A DNA stretch of 64,000 bases from the human T2T-CHM13v2.0 reference genome, Homo sapiens, in assembly GCF_009914755.1 (NCBI RefSeq), contig NC_060935.1; one strand, 5' to 3'. Position 1 is the first letter of the stretch, and each line of letters begins with the position of its first letter. Positions 25,669 through 40,400 of this stretch are shown in pieces. The notes below the pieces were generated by a model. That model saw only the letters and a program-made list of their open reading frames with translations. It made no database searches and had not been told where the DNA came from. Position numbers and translations under genes: made by a program.

Positions 25669-26490
25669 TGTTTTAGTTGCCCGTGGCTTCTGTAACAAGT
25701 TTCTACAATCTTGGTGGCTTAAAATAATATGAATTTATTCAGTTACAGTTCTGGAGGCCAGAGGTTCAAACACTAGTTTTACTGGGCTTGAGTCAAGGCA
25801 TCAGTAGGGCTGGTTCCTTCTGGATATTCTAGGGGAGAAACAGTTTCCTTGCCTTTTCCAGCTTCTGGAGGCTTCCACATTCCTCAGCTTGTGACCCCTT
25901 CTTCCAATCACTCCAGCCTCTTGTTTCCATTATCACATTTCCTACCTCCTCTTTTGTAGTCAAATCTCCCTCTGCTTCCTTGTTATAAAGACTCCTGTGA
26001 TTACATTTAGGGCCCACCTGGATTACCTAGGACGTTTTCTCCTTCTTAAGATCCTTAACTTGGCGGGGCACGGTGGCTCACACCTGTAATCCCAGCACTT
26101 TGGGAGGCCAAGGCAGGCGGTTCACCTGGGGTCGGGAGTTGGAGACCAACCTGACCAACATGGAGAAACCCCATCTCTACTAAAAATACAAAGTTAGCCA
26201 GGCATGGTAGTGCATACTTGTAATCCCAGCTACTTGGGAGGCTGAGGCAGGAGAATCACTTAAACCCGGGAGGCAGGAGGCAGAGGTTGTGGTGAGCCAA
26301 GATTGTGCCATTGCACTCCAGACTGGGCAACAAGAGCAAAACTCTGTCTCAAAAAAAAAAAAAGAAAAGAAAAAGAAAAAACCCTTAACTTATTCACAAC
26401 TGCAAAGTCCCTTTTGCCATCTAGGTTAACACTCACAGGTTCCGATAATTAGGACCTGGATATCTTGGAGGGTACCTATTTAGCCTAACA
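25669..26490 (-). mobile_element. MLT1C/D MaLR LTR interrupted by Alu
   Basis: ggtggcttaaaa..ttacagttctggaggccag..gattacatttagggcccacctggat..ctgcaaagtcccttttgcc. Confidence 0.85.
26062..26380 (+). mobile_element. AluSp-like SINE
   Basis: ggtcgggagtt, ctgaccaacatggagaaacccc; TSD ccttaactt. Confidence 0.95.
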
Positions 26491-26614
26491 TATCTGCCAT
26501 GGTAGTATTCCCTGAGGTTTCCAATTGTGAAAAACAACTTGTACAATTGAGGGATGGTGAATCATTGGTCATATTTGGGGTATTGGGAAGGGAAGTAATG
26601 GGCTATACAGTTAG

Positions 26615-26959
26615 CAAGAACAATATATCACAGACTGGGTGGATTAAACGGCAGAGGTTTATTTCTCACAGTTCTGGAGTCTACAAGTCCAAGATCAAGC
26701 TGTTAGCGGGCTTATTTCTCCACAAGCCTCACTCCTGGGCTTGCATATTTCTGTCTTCTCTCCATGTCCTCGCATGGCCCTTTCTTGGTATATGCACGTC
26801 CCTGGCGTCTTTGCCTTCTTATATGGACACGAGTCATATCAGATAAGGGCCCACCCATATGACTTCAGTCAACCCTATCTCAACAGTCACATGCTGAGAT
26901 TCCTGGGCTTAGAACTTCCAACATACATATTTGAAGGGGACACAATTCAGTCCCTAATA
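26615..26959 (-). mobile_element. MLT1A/A0 MaLR LTR
   Basis: cacagactgggtggattaaac..tttatttctcacagttctggag..aagtccaagatcaag..ggggacacaattcagtcc. Confidence 0.85.
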
Positions 26960-27076
26960 ATTGGGATTAAGTTTTGAGTAACTTTGTGACCTGGCTAATG
27001 ACCTTGATCTTGAAAGTTATAGTAAGCCAAAGGAGGCTTTTAAGGACTGGAGTGACAAAAATCAGATCGTTTGTTA

Positions 27077-27498
<422 letters not shown>

Positions 27499-27539
27499 AA
27501 AAGGAAAGGTGATGTTTGCAGAATCCTAAGACAAGGGTA

Positions 27540-28560
27540 ATAGATATAGCAGACTTTTGCCTGTTTTCTCACACCACAAACTCATGGAATCTTGAATAAA
27601 ATATTATAACAAACTACTCTTTTTGCCACATAGCTGAATTTAAAACAAATGTCCAGATGCCAGAACTGAAGCAAGAAATCAGAGCCAGAATGATGAGAAG
27701 GGACTGCTGGCACCATGTGGATATCAGACCAGATATTGGACCTGTGGTCTGGGAGTATTGTAAAGTCACGTGAGAGATAGAACCACACCTATGGGCCCAA
27801 GGACCTCAAAGATCTGCCCAGCCTATAAAAAGGGGACTCGAAAAACTCTGACCTCTTATTCTGGGAAACCACAAGGAAGCCTGCTGACTATCCCGAAATG
27901 TAGATGGGGTGGGGATGGAGGGGGTGCACAGTAATCTTTAAGAAGTGAAATCACTATCTTTACTTGAAAATACCTTTTTAAAATCTAAATTTGAGTCAAG
28001 GAAATCTCAAACTGAGGGATTAACTCAAAAATTGCTCTAGGACTGTTGAAACCCCTACACCAAAAGGACTAAGAAATGCAAATAAAGAAAGAAGAAATAA
28101 GAACATTGGATGACCAAGCAACATCTGAATAACAGGAGAGTAAGAAGAGAGAATGGAGGAACACCTAGCCTCAAAGAAATAAATCAAGACATTTTCCCCA
28201 ATCCAAAGAGCATGGGTTCCCAGATTGAAGGAGTCCACCATGTGCCCAGAATAATACATTTCAAACACTAGAGACCAAAATAATTTTTTACAAGTTTTCA
28301 GAAAGAAAACAACAGAACTCGTACATATAACCAGAATGGGTTTAGAGAGAGAGTATGTGTGTGTGCTTGTGTGTGTGTATATATACACACACGTGTGTCA
28401 AAGAGAATCTTCATTTTCCAAAGTTCAAAGTCAATAAGTAATGCCTAAAACTGTGAAGTTTAGAAGTGGCAACGTATGCATATTACTTAGAAATATAGAG
28501 TAAAATACCAAAAGCGAAGCAAACAAACTCATCAGAAAGTATGGAAAGAGTTTGCACTGG
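27540..28560 (+). mobile_element. Old L1M/HAL1-like 5' fragment
   Basis: A-rich; cagattgaaggagtccacc..gtgccca..tttcaaacactagagac resembles L1 ORF1. Confidence 0.45.
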
Positions 28561-29467
28561 GGTCTGGAATTGAGGATTAGTGTTCTTGTTCCTTACTGCT
28601 ATTTCTAGACCCTAGTCCCTTCCTTCACTCTCAAAACCCCTGGCTCCTTTGAAGCAGGTGACATTAAATGACCATTTGTTCTCTCCTGTTTTGCAATCTC
28701 CTGTCCCCTGGTCACTTCTCTCAACCTCTGAAATTTTAGCACTGGCTCACTGTCTTTCCCTCCACTGTTCTCCTGCCATTATTCCTGAGAATTTCGATGC
28801 CCACACCCTGCCCGTCATTACCCTGACCTCATTGCTTCCTACACACTTTAAGTCTATACCTCCCTCCCCCACCTTCCATGGTCTGACCCTAGGACTTTCC
28901 AAAAATCTTAATGCCAAATACCTCACACTCTAAACTTCAAAATCTTAATGAATAAATATTCACTTTCATGTTCCAAATTACCTACTCTACCAAACCCACT
29001 TCAGTCTACCCACTTTTACTACCTATCGCCCTCTCTGGTCTCTCATTCCTCCTCACTCCTCATCCAGTTTAGATCCACCGTTGATGATCATAAAACTTTC
29101 TATATAACTTGTCTGTCTCCCCTCCCATCATGTTCTACTGGCAAATCCCAAAACCTATTTAATATTTATTGCTATATTTCATCAGTTAAATAGAACTATA
29201 GACAAAACAAAGCAATACAACACAAATGCATATAGACTGGTTTCATTTTAAATTTATGTTTATAATCTCAAGAAAATCTTCAGCACAGCCTGGAAATTCT
29301 GCATATTTCATTACTCAACTTGCTTGTCTGTTTTCTAAAATAATTATCTCAACTTGTCCTCTACTCTCCAAACTCCAAAATATTTTCTTTCTTTTCACTT
29401 TCAACTAATGGTGGCTCTTTTTTAGTTCACTCAAGTAAAAAACAAAAACAAAAAAACAATCAAAAGA

Positions 29468-29610
29468 GGCAGGTTTAGTTCAAATGCCAGTTTTGCTACT
29501 CACTACCTGAGTGAATTCTCTGAGCCAGTTACTTATTTTCTCTGGGGCTCAGTTTCCTCATCTGTACAAGGGGTAGATAATAGCAGTAGTGTCCAGTTAT
29601 GAATGACACG
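29468..29610 (+). mobile_element. MIR SINE
   Basis: agttactt..ctctggggctcagtttcctcatctgtacaagggg. Confidence 0.8.
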
Positions 29611-29739
29611 TAGTTTCTGCTAATGTAATGTTCACTTAACGAGGGAAACCGAAAACTGTCTACTTTACACTATCAAATCTTCTGTCCTACCCAGGTATTT
29701 GAATATATCTGTGAACTCTGCCTTCCTTTCTTGTGCATA

Positions 29740-30071
29740 CAGTTGTTTCAGGACCCCCATGAATACTAAAATCTGAGGATGCTCAAGTTCCTGACATAAA
29801 ATGGAGTAGCATTTGCATAGAACCAATGCACATCCTCCATATACTCTAAGTCATCTCTAGATTATTTACTTTAAATCATCTCTGGATTATTTAAAATATA
29901 ATACAATGTAAATTCTATGTAAACAATTGTTGTACCATACTGTTTTTAATTTGCATTATTTATATTTTTGTTGTTGCATTGTTATTTTTTATTGTTCTTC
30001 CCCCTGGATTTTTTTGATCTGTGGTTGGTTGAATCCACAAATGTGGAACCCACAGACAGGGAGGCCGACTA
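29740..30071. mobile_element. MER2/MER2B (Tigger-type TcMar) element
   Basis: ttcaggacccc..ggatgctcaagttcctgacataaaatgg..ggttggttgaatcc..ggaaccc..ggaggccgact. Confidence 0.9.
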
Positions 30072-30391
30072 TGTCCTTAGCCCCCGCCTCCCCTTCTGAA
30101 ACAGTGGGTGAACTGTTCCTGAATCTCATTTCAACCCCTCTATATGAGTGTTGGATCTCCTTCCCTCTCCCCTATTCAATGACTTTGTTCCTGCAGTTGT
30201 TCCTCTTCAATCATATCCTATGGAATTTCCTCTGTCTACTAAGTTATACCATCAGCATATAAACGTTATGTATTATCTTCCATCTTAAAGGTCCTTCAGT
30301 GCTGTCATGGCTTAGTTCTTGATTCCTTTTTTAAGAAAACTCCTTGAAAGAGCTGTTTACGTTTGCTTTTATTTTCCCGACCTCTGCCCCC

Positions 30392-30685
30392 TTTTTTGAG
30401 TGAATTGGAATCTCACTCTGTCACCCAGGCTGGACTACAGTGGCATAATTATAGCTCACTGCAGCCTTGAACGCCCAGGCAGTCCTCACACCTCAGCCCC
30501 CCAAGTAGTTGGAACTACAGGCATGTACCATCACACCTAGCTAAGAGTTTTTATTTTTATTTTTAGAGATGAGGGTGGTCTCATGATGTTGCCCAGGCTG
30601 GTCTTGAACTCCTGGCATCAAGCAAAACTCCTGCCTCAGCCTCCTGAGTCAATGGGATTACAGATGTGAGCCACCACACCTAGCC
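30392..30685 (-). mobile_element. AluJ SINE
   Basis: atagctcactgcagccttgaac..gatgttgcccaggctggtcttgaactcctgg. Confidence 0.95.
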
Positions 30686-30817
30686 TTTTCATCACTCTTT
30701 TGAACCCATTGCAATACCTCTTGTCAAAGTTTATCTTTCCAAATTCTCAAGTACTCTGCCCTTCTTCATTAAACATCTCAGAAGCATTATTCTTCTAGGC
30801 TTCTAGACTTCATTTGG

Positions 30818-30937
30818 TGTCTTAGCCAGCTTGGGCTGCCAAAACAAACACAAACAACTAGGTGCCTTACACAACAGAAATTTATTTTCTTACAGTTCTG
30901 AAGGCTGGGAAGTCCAAGATCAAGGTGGTGGCCAATG
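30818..30937 (-). mobile_element. MLT1A fragment
   Basis: tgtcttagccagcttgggctgcc..aacagaaatttattttcttacagttctg..aagtccaagatcaagg. Confidence 0.85.
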
Positions 30938-30944
30938 CTTTTTC

Positions 30945-31168
30945 TGGATTTTGGAGCAGACTGCTTTGGTTTAAATCTAGACTCCGTCATTTACAAACTT
31001 TGTGACCCTGACCAAGACAGTTAACTACCAGTGCCTTGGTGTCCTCATCTGTAAAATGGGGATCATGATAATATACTCATTTAAGTTAAATAAGTTAAAA
31101 TATGCAAAAAGCTAAGAATGTTGTCTGGTACAATTTAAGTTCTTAATAAATGTTAGCTATTACTTTAT
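30945..31168 (+). mobile_element. MIR SINE
   Basis: tgtgaccctg..cctcatctgtaaaatggggat..aataaatgttagctattact. Confidence 0.85.
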
Positions 31169-31324
31169 GATTCATATTTGTCCATTTTCCTCTTTAGAAA
31201 AAAAAAAAAACTCCCAGAAGACAAGAACTTTCTGCCCTGCTGAAATACATGGTATCTCCAGTGCCTAGACCACTGCCTGATATTCCACATATATTTGTTA
31301 AAAGAACAAAGGTGTAAATGAGTG

Positions 31325-31640
31325 CTTTCTTGGAAGGATTTTAAAACGTGTGGTTTACAGTGTCAAATGCTTCAGACAGCTTGGCAGATAAGGACGTAAG
31401 CCATTTGTCAATCAAAAGGTCATTGGTGATTTGAGTAGTAGTAATAGCCATAATTTACTGAGCCACCTTGCTAAGTGTGCTAATCTACACAATGGTCCTA
31501 CAAGGAAGCCATTATTATCACCATTTTATAGATGGAGAGCGTATCTGCAGCTCTATGGGACAGAAGTAAGACTGAAAAGGATTGAGAGATGAACGGGAAT
31601 TAAAGATACACTATCAACTCTATTATAACTGGCAGCTTGT
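31325..31640 (-). mobile_element. L2 fragments flanking a MIR piece (31440-31540)
   Basis: acagtgtcaaatgct..ggtcattggtga; attattatcaccattttatagatg. Confidence 0.55.
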
Positions 31641-33879
31641 TTAAATATATTAACCTATAGGAGAAGAAATAAATTCAACTGGCCAGAGACATAATTTGTC
31701 AACCACTCTTATCAAAAAAACCAAGTATGAGTGAGTCAAGGGGAATGGAGTGAGAAAAATATAAAATAAATGAAGGTTCTCAGCTTTATACATATTTTTT
31801 TTTCTCCTGGGTCATTTTAAATGCTACCTTGGTAATGATCTTCATTTAATTTATTCTTCAGATCCTCTGTGCTTGAAAATACAGAGATGATATGAAAAAA
31901 AAAGTCACCATCTTTGTAAGAATCTTACTGAATAAGAAAGATCTTTTTTACAAATTAAACTGCTGAAGAGATTTCAACTGGGTTTGGAATCCAGATCAAC
32001 TCAATCTCTGGCAGAATATTTTCAGGAAAAAAAAAAACCCTGGAACATTTGAGAATTACAGTTCTGTACCTCTGCAAAGATTTGTATATTCTTCCATTGG
32101 TGGGTGAGGGGGCAGGAGGAAATTCTCTGGGTAGGCTTACAAAAACAAGATTTTTAAGCGCTTCTGATGATTCTGAGCTACATTTCTGGACTGGAATTTG
32201 AGTGTTTACGTCGCTGTTTCTTGGATAATTAAAGAGGTATGTGTCTGTTTCAGAGAATCTGCTCTCTTCTACCTTGCTTTATTTGGGTGGTGTGACCTTG
32301 GCTCTTCTGTATATTCATCCTGCCTGTCACTTTTCAGAACCGAGTAAGGCAGCACCAGTAATAGTCACTTTGGACACAGAATATTTAAAAGTTTTGTGTT
32401 TTATTTTAAATTGGAGGCTCAAATATCATTGTTTATTTTCAGGGCAGCAAAGGACCATAAGCAATTCTCCAATGGTGAAGATCGACCCCAGTCATGTAAA
32501 AACACGTACGTATTCATTAATGTGTACATTTCTTTTTCTGTGTTAGTTTTCCCAAGCTATTTCCCTCCTCAGCCCAGTCTCCCTGCTTCTGTTTTTTATT
32601 AGCTTTTCATAGTTCTATTTTCTTACTCCTTAGTCTTAGCTCTTTGGCTGTGGATAAAGATGGCTGGTAGGGATTGGCAGGGGCCAATGAGTAGTTAGAA
32701 AATGTGATTTGCCAAAATAAGAATGATAATTTCATTATGCATATCTCACTTGGAGTACTGAAAATTAAAGCTTAAAAATAAAGCTAATCCCCTGTCTTTT
32801 TTTTTTTAAAGCTTCCGTATTGCTGAGGTGACCTTTTCTGTTCTGTCCTGTGCTAACATCACCATATGAATTTTAAGTTCTCCCCTGCCCCTGTGGCTAT
32901 GTTAGGTTGATAGTTAAGCCAGGACTCTGTCCTGAAGCACTGTGCTGTTCTCAGCTCCAGGCAGCAAAGGGTTAACAGAGTCTCCAGTGCCTACCGAGTT
33001 GTAAAAGGAACTGCTGAAGCTGATCAATGACCACTGTTAAGACCTGGAAACCAATTATAAACCTGAAATTTGTGATGAACAAAGCCCTGAAACACTGGGA
33101 TGAAAACTACTGAATTAGTCCAGTTCATTAAAATCATTAATAGTCATGAAATGAAAACCACCAGAGTCCAAAAAGGCTTAATGCTCTATCCATATTAATT
33201 AGATGGGAGCAAATCTGAACTGAAAAGCAGCACATGCTTTGTAGAATTAGCAATTGGTCTCTACAGACTACACAGATCTCTATTAAAATTCAGTTTAATT
33301 AAAATTGATCACGTTAAGAAACTGATGTGGTTAATTAACTGAATTCCTGGACTTCTTTTCATACGTTTCACAGGCGCCTTTTACACTGCGTTTGTGGGTG
33401 ACACTTCATGTTGCACAGAGCAAATCCAATTGCAAAGGTTAACTCTCTGTGTTCCTGGAGAGGATACAGACCACGGAGGAGGGGTGTGTGGGGGAGAGGC
33501 AGAAGAAACCCGCTTTATGGAGAGTCAAACCCCAGGTTAAACTTGAGGAAACTCCTTTAGAAAATTTGTCCCATTCATGGTGGATAAATGAATGTGTATC
33601 TATCAGTGACAAAGAGGTTCTCTCTCCCAAGCTGCCACCTCTAGAGGAACTGAGAAGTATTGCCAAAAATAAGAGTCACTCTAACTTCAAAAGGAGGACA
33701 GTAGGCATTTGGTTAAGTGTGGCTAATTCTGTACCAGGATTGCTGAAGGCATCTTAGTTTTATTGCCTACACACCTCCTTGTTCTGTTTGGCTCAGAAGT
33801 CATTTTCTGTTTTTTCCGTCTGCAGAATGGTATACTGACATTTCTAGATTTCACCAAGGCCTAAAATAACAGCAATAGT

Positions 33880-34520
33880 CCCTCTGCCTTGAGGCTGCTC
33901 TGCTGCTCCTGGCCAAGTCTACCCCCCTTCCCAAGTCCACCAAGCATATTGCTGCTAACGCAGCCTTCCCAAGACTGCAGCTTATGGTGTCACCGGCCTG
34001 CTCAGGACTCTGTAATGACTGTGTGCTATATACAGGACAAATTCTAAACTCCATGGATTTAAATCCAGAGCTCTTCATCATCTACCCCAACATACTCTTA
34101 CTTCCTTTGCCTCTTAGAGATGTACTTTGCCTATGAGATCTATTTCTTTGTTTCAGCCACACTGGCCAATTTACAAACTTTGAGTCCCTTATTTGCTTTA
34201 CAGCCTGCACTCCTTTTTCCTCTTAGAAATTTGTTTCAATCCAGCCCATCCTTAAGAATTCCACTGGAATCCCATCACCATAAAGTAATTCTGTCATCAA
34301 CCCTCACAAAAGATCTCTCCTTCCCCTGCCCTCTGGTAGTTGGTATGATCTCAACTGTCAATTGGCTCTTGTTCCCCAAAATCTGAAATAATTACTCACA
34401 TGTACACATCAGCTCCTAAACATTTTAAGTTCTTATCAGGCAGAGGCCATATCTTATATTTCACTGAATCTGAACATGCGCCAGACACAATGTGTGCTCC
34501 ATAAATGTTGTTTACAATGA
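33880..34520 (+). mobile_element. L2 LINE 3' fragment
   Basis: ctgctcaggactctg..caaattctaaactcc..gccagacacaatgtgtgctccataaatgtt. Confidence 0.55.
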
Positions 34521-35013
34521 GGGAATAACTTATCCTTTGATAGCTTCTGGCAATTTTTCTCAGCGAGGGAGGTTTGAGCTTCGTCTTATGATGAACTGGC
34601 AAAAAAATTTGAATGTGACATGCTAATAGCAATAATAATAATAGATGATATTTATTAAACTCACATGTCAAACATTGTGCTAAAGACCTATTGTTTTACA
34701 AGGAAATCACCCTTTCCCTCTGTTTGTTGTCAGAGTTGCAAGTGCCTCTCCCAGCGTTTTGTTCATCTTTTGCATCTAGGACTGTGTCTTCCATCTCGTT
34801 TCTAATTCTTGTATATTTTTGTTCCTTTTTTCTAACATAATTTGGCAATTCTTTTTGGGTTTTGTTGTTGTTGTTGCTTGTTGTTCTTGTTGTTTTTCAG
34901 GTATTTTCAAACAACCAGCTTTGAATATACACATTCTTTGTTTTTATCTTCATTGACTCAAATTTAGCTTTTAATTTGCTATTTCTTGGCAGATTTCGTT
35001 GCTTGTTGTTTTT

Positions 35014-35300
35014 CTTTCTTTCTTTCTTTTTTTTTTTTTTTTTTTGAGACACAGTCTTGGTCCGTCACCAGGCTGGAGTGGAGTGGCACAATCTCGGCTC
35101 ACTGCAACCTCCGCCTCCTGCCTCAGCCTTCTGAGTAGCTGGGACTACAGGCACCTGCCACCATGCCCAGCTAATTTTTTGTATTTTTAGTAGAGACGGG
35201 ATTTGTTGGCCAGGATGGTCTCGATGTCCTGACCTCATGATCCACCCACCTCAGCCTCCCAGAGTGCTGAGATTACAGGCATGAGCCACTGCGCCCGGCC
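35014..35300 (-). mobile_element. AluSc-like SINE with small internal deletions
   Basis: tcaccaggctgg, ttggccaggatggtctcgat; ~20 bp missing at ccgcctcc|tgcctcagcc; TSD gttgttttt. Confidence 0.95.
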
Positions 35301-36217
35301 GTTGTTTTTTTTTTCTAATGCCTTAATAAGTTAAAAGTTTCTTAGTAAGTATTTAATTCCATTTTCCCCCTTTTCCCTTTGTTGGTCTTTCTTCCTTAAT
35401 AATAAAGGCATTAAGAACATACATTTTATCATAAACACAATTTTTATTGTGATGCTTAGATTTTTGATGAAGTATTTTTATTTTCACTTATTTCTATAAA
35501 TCATTTATAATTTCAGATTTGATTTCTTTTTTTGATCTAACGTCTTTTATAAATTATTATTAGAGACTATTTTAAAAATTACTTATTTTTAACTTCATTA
35601 TATTTTGATTAGAGAGCATGCCCTATATGGTTTCTTTGGTCAAGTATGGAATTAAGTCTTATAAATATTCCACAGATATGTACACAATGTATTTTCCTAT
35701 TTAAAAGTTACAGAATTATATTCTTCAATTATTTTATTTATATCCTTATTTTTTGGTCTAATTCAACTGTCCAGTTCTGAAATAGTCATATTAAAGAGTA
35801 CCACTATATTGTATTTTAATTAAACTCTACTTATCTATGCATTTTTGCTTTCTGTTCAGCTGCTACGTATTTTGATACAAAAAGGTGTAAAACAATTATA
35901 TCTTATTTTTCTTAGAATTTTTTAATCCAAATTCATTATCTGATTTTAATATTATCACTCTTTTTTTCTTATTGTTTGGCTTTGCCTGCTATCTCTTTGC
36001 CCATTCATTCACTCATAAATTTCTTTTCATTTTTGGGGGTCATATTTTTCTTCAAAATATATTTGTATGTAGGCTTTTTTAAAGGAAATGTATGCTACTT
36101 CTTGTTATAAAAGATTTTTTGAAAACATACACTATATCTTGTTATAAAACATATTTGAGACAATTTACAAACTATATAGACTCTCAAAAAAATAAAATAA
36201 GATAGCTGGAAAAATTA

Positions 36218-36585
<368 letters not shown>

Positions 36586-38602
36586 TTATGACACACATTT
36601 TGTATTTATTTTTATTAATTACTATTTCCTTTTTTCAAATCTTACTGTCCTTTGTATTTCAGTCATTGCAAAACTAAAAACAAGATTAATTAATGACTGG
36701 CTGTATCCATATGCCTCTCTCTTTTGTTCTTTGTTTCTGCTGATTTGATCAAGCGAACTATTCCAATCCCTCTACTCCCACCACATCAATTAATTTAGAA
36801 AGGCAATTAACTGTATTTACCATTTCATTAGTGGTTAATTTCCCTTTCCTAAAATTCCTCATCAAACTAATATTTTTCTATTATTATATGAAAATAAAAT
36901 ACAACTCTTCTCTTCCCAACCTCCCTCAAGATTTATTGCCTCATTGGTTTGTCTGCTATTACTTATTCTTTCCCCCATCTCTACCACTTTGACAACTCAG
37001 GTTTTGCTAAGACAGTTAAAAACTTTTGGTTTCAATCCATCATTAGGTCTTCCCTTGAAATATGGCTCTTTCTTTTAAGAATACTTACATAGCTCACATA
37101 TTATGCTCTCAGGCAATTTTTCTAGCTACATATTTTGCAAGTTTTATGGTTTCTTCTCCTCTTCCACTTCTCCTGTTAAGATCTCTGTTCTGACTCATTA
37201 TTATTTTTTTTATAAAAGTCTTTTCCTCAAAAGGGGCTTATGGGAACTTGATTCCTCGAACTTTTTCTTATATACAAACATCTTTCCAACCTCCTGGTAG
37301 TTGAGTGACTTTCAGTCCTTCCCTATCAATCTTCTGCAGGTGTTATTCCATAGTCAGAATGATTGTTTTCCTTTGTAAATCATTGTCATTTCCTCTCAAA
37401 TAATACTTAGAATTAAGTAAGGTATTTTACTTTCCAGACTCAAGTTTTTTTTAGCATAGAGAATTTAAATATTGCCATCTATTTATTTTTCTCCTTCTAG
37501 ATCTTCTATTACTCACATTTAGTTATCTTCCAAGTCTTCTACATTGTCCTTCATGATTCCCATCTTTTTGTATTTTTTGCAAGGTTTTGAAATACATATT
37601 CCATTTGATATTCTTGGATACTAATGAATTCTGTCATTCAATTTACAAATTAAACTTCTGTTTCAAACATAGAATCTTCTAGGTATTTGTATTACTTTTT
37701 TTGTATTGTTTTAGTAATTACCTGCCTCTTTTAACAGCTTTATTTAATCAAGAACCACCTTTTCCAGATGTTCTGAGTGTTCTTTCTCTGGCTGCTAGGA
37801 TCCCTTACGTGGATTATAGTTTTCCTTTGCCTACTCTGCAGGCTCAGGCTGAGTTTATGGGGTACTCACTCTTGAGGGTGGTGAGGCGCAAATATATCTC
37901 TGCCAGTGCGGCGAGTTCAGTACCAGCTGATAGGTGGTAGTAATTACCTGATTGAGGCTCTCAAGGGAAGGGGAAAAGGAAATCCCCTTGAAATATTTTT
38001 CTGGGCACCACTCTTCTTCTTGGAATGCCACAGAGTTCCAAAACCTACGTTCTCTCCAAGACTATGGTACACTGATTTTTGCTCCAAAATTCTCTACAAC
38101 TCCAGGCTGTGTCCAAAGCCAAAAGAAAAAGTCTGACATCAACTTTCTGTGTCTGGATCCACAGAGCCCAAAGTCATATTCTTACCCTTCAATGCCCTGC
38201 CTGCCTGCCAGATAGACTCAGGAGAGGAAGACTGCTGTTAGGAATTGAGATTTGAGAACAGCAGGGACACATTCAGGGTGCCATATTCCCAACATTCCCC
38301 TAAATACTTTTTAAATGTTTTAAAATGTGAAATATAACACTCATACAGAAATGTGCATAAATCATAAATATCAGTGTAATAAATGATTATAAAATAAATA
38401 CTTGTGTAACTAATACCAAAGTCAAGACATAGAATATTGGCAGCAACCCAGAAAATGCCTGTGTCTTCCTCATTTAACACAATACTCTCTTTGCCCTTCT
38501 AAAGGTAAATCACTATTCTGTCTTTTATAGTAATTAGTTTTCTTGCCTCTTTAAAAAGGTCTTACATTTTTGTATGCTCAAAAAATGGAGTTTAGTTTTT
38601 AC

Positions 38603-38712
38603 TTTTGAACTTTATATATATGGCATCTTATAGTATGTACTCTTTTGTGTTTTGCTCCTTTTTGAACTTTATATATATGGTATCATACAGGATGTATTCT
38701 TTTATGTTTGCT
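38603..38712. repeat. 57-bp-period diverged tandem duplication
   Basis: ttttgaactttatatatatgg..tgt..tctttt twice (starts 38603 and 38660). Confidence 0.85.
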
Positions 38713-38950
38713 TATAATATTTATTCATCTATCTATAGCTCATTCCTTTTTATTCACTATAGAGTATTCCATTGAATGGATATGCCACATGTCTTTGCTT
38801 ATTCTCCCATCAATGAACATTTGGGTTGTTTCTAGTTTAATGCTATTTCAAAATATTGCTACTGTAAACATACACAGTGTGTGCTCTGATTCACATGTAC
38901 ACAAGTTTATAACATATAATTAGGAGTAGAATTGATGTGATGGCTAATAA

Positions 38951-39320
<370 letters not shown>

Positions 39321-39529
39321 TGGTTGTATCAATTTATAACAACGAGCCATTTATCACAGTTTATTAGCAGTTTATTAGTGTTCTCATTTTTTCATGTCCT
39401 TTACCAATCCGTTGAATATGTAATGTTATCTCATTTTGGTTTTAATTCACATTTCCCTGATTAGAAGTTAAGCATCATTTTTTATAAAAGAAAAAACAAA
39501 CAATAAAGAGTCATTTACAAAATGAGAGT

Positions 39530-39745
39530 GAAAGTAACATAGCTGCACTCAATGTTTCATAAAGTGGTAATTCTCCTAACAATCTTGATTTAGGTAGTCT
39601 ATTACAATCACCCCCATTTTACAGATGGGGGAGTTTTAGTTTTAATGAAGACATACAGCTAGTCAATAGCAAAGCTGAGATTTGAACCAGGCTTGAACTT
39701 CTCAGCACTGAGTCCCCTATGCTTTAAGAAGCTAACTATAACAGC
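39530..39745 (-). mobile_element. MIR SINE
   Basis: cccccattttacagatgg..acagctagt..gagatttgaaccagg. Confidence 0.75.
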
Positions 39746-39999
39746 CATGTGGATAACAGTGTAGAGACAGGAGTTACTAATAGTAGTGAGAGCAGGCAGG
39801 AGCCTGTAGTACAGTATTTGATGAAAATGTTCAGAGGGTGAGTGAGTCACACAGGTGTAACTTTAAAGCTTGTTAGCTAAGGCCTTAGGAGGAAAAAAGC
39901 AAAATGTCATATGAATTGAGATTAGGCTTAATTATGCCGTAAAGATTTGAGTACTCATGGAACCCAATTGAGAATTATTTTTAATTTTAAGACTCAAAG

Positions 40000-40400
40000 C
40001 TATTTTTTTTTAATTTTTTCCTGGTATAAAAAGGGATATATTTTATCTCTGATATAAGGGATAAAAATCACCCTTAATCTCACTACCCAGAGATAACCAC
40101 TATTAATATTTTATTTTATCCTTCCAGCATTTTTGAGCCTGAAGAGATATATTATATTTAAACAAAGTTGAGATCAGCGTGTATATGCTGTTTTATAACC
40201 TATTTGTCCCAAACAAAATATTGAGAACAACTTTCCTTGTCATTAAAATTTCTTTTGCACATGACTTTTAGCAGTAGTTCATTTTAAAGTTGTATCATAA
40301 TTACTTTTTAAGTATTTCAAATACTACATGATAAGAATATTTGTAGATAAATCTTTGCCACACTTCTGATTATTATTTCCTTATGTAACATTTCTAAACG
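40000..40400 (-). mobile_element. L1ME4-like fragment
   Basis: aaaatcacccttaatctcactacccagagataaccactattaatattt. Confidence 0.65.

Larger units (their letters stand above)
28590..31320 (+). mobile_element. Long fragmented L2 LINE with nested MIR, MER2, Alu and MLT1A
   Basis: C/T-rich L2 ORF2 segments (tttagcactggctcactgtct, aaactccttgaaagagctgt) ending ctccagtgcctagac..atatttgtt. Confidence 0.7.
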
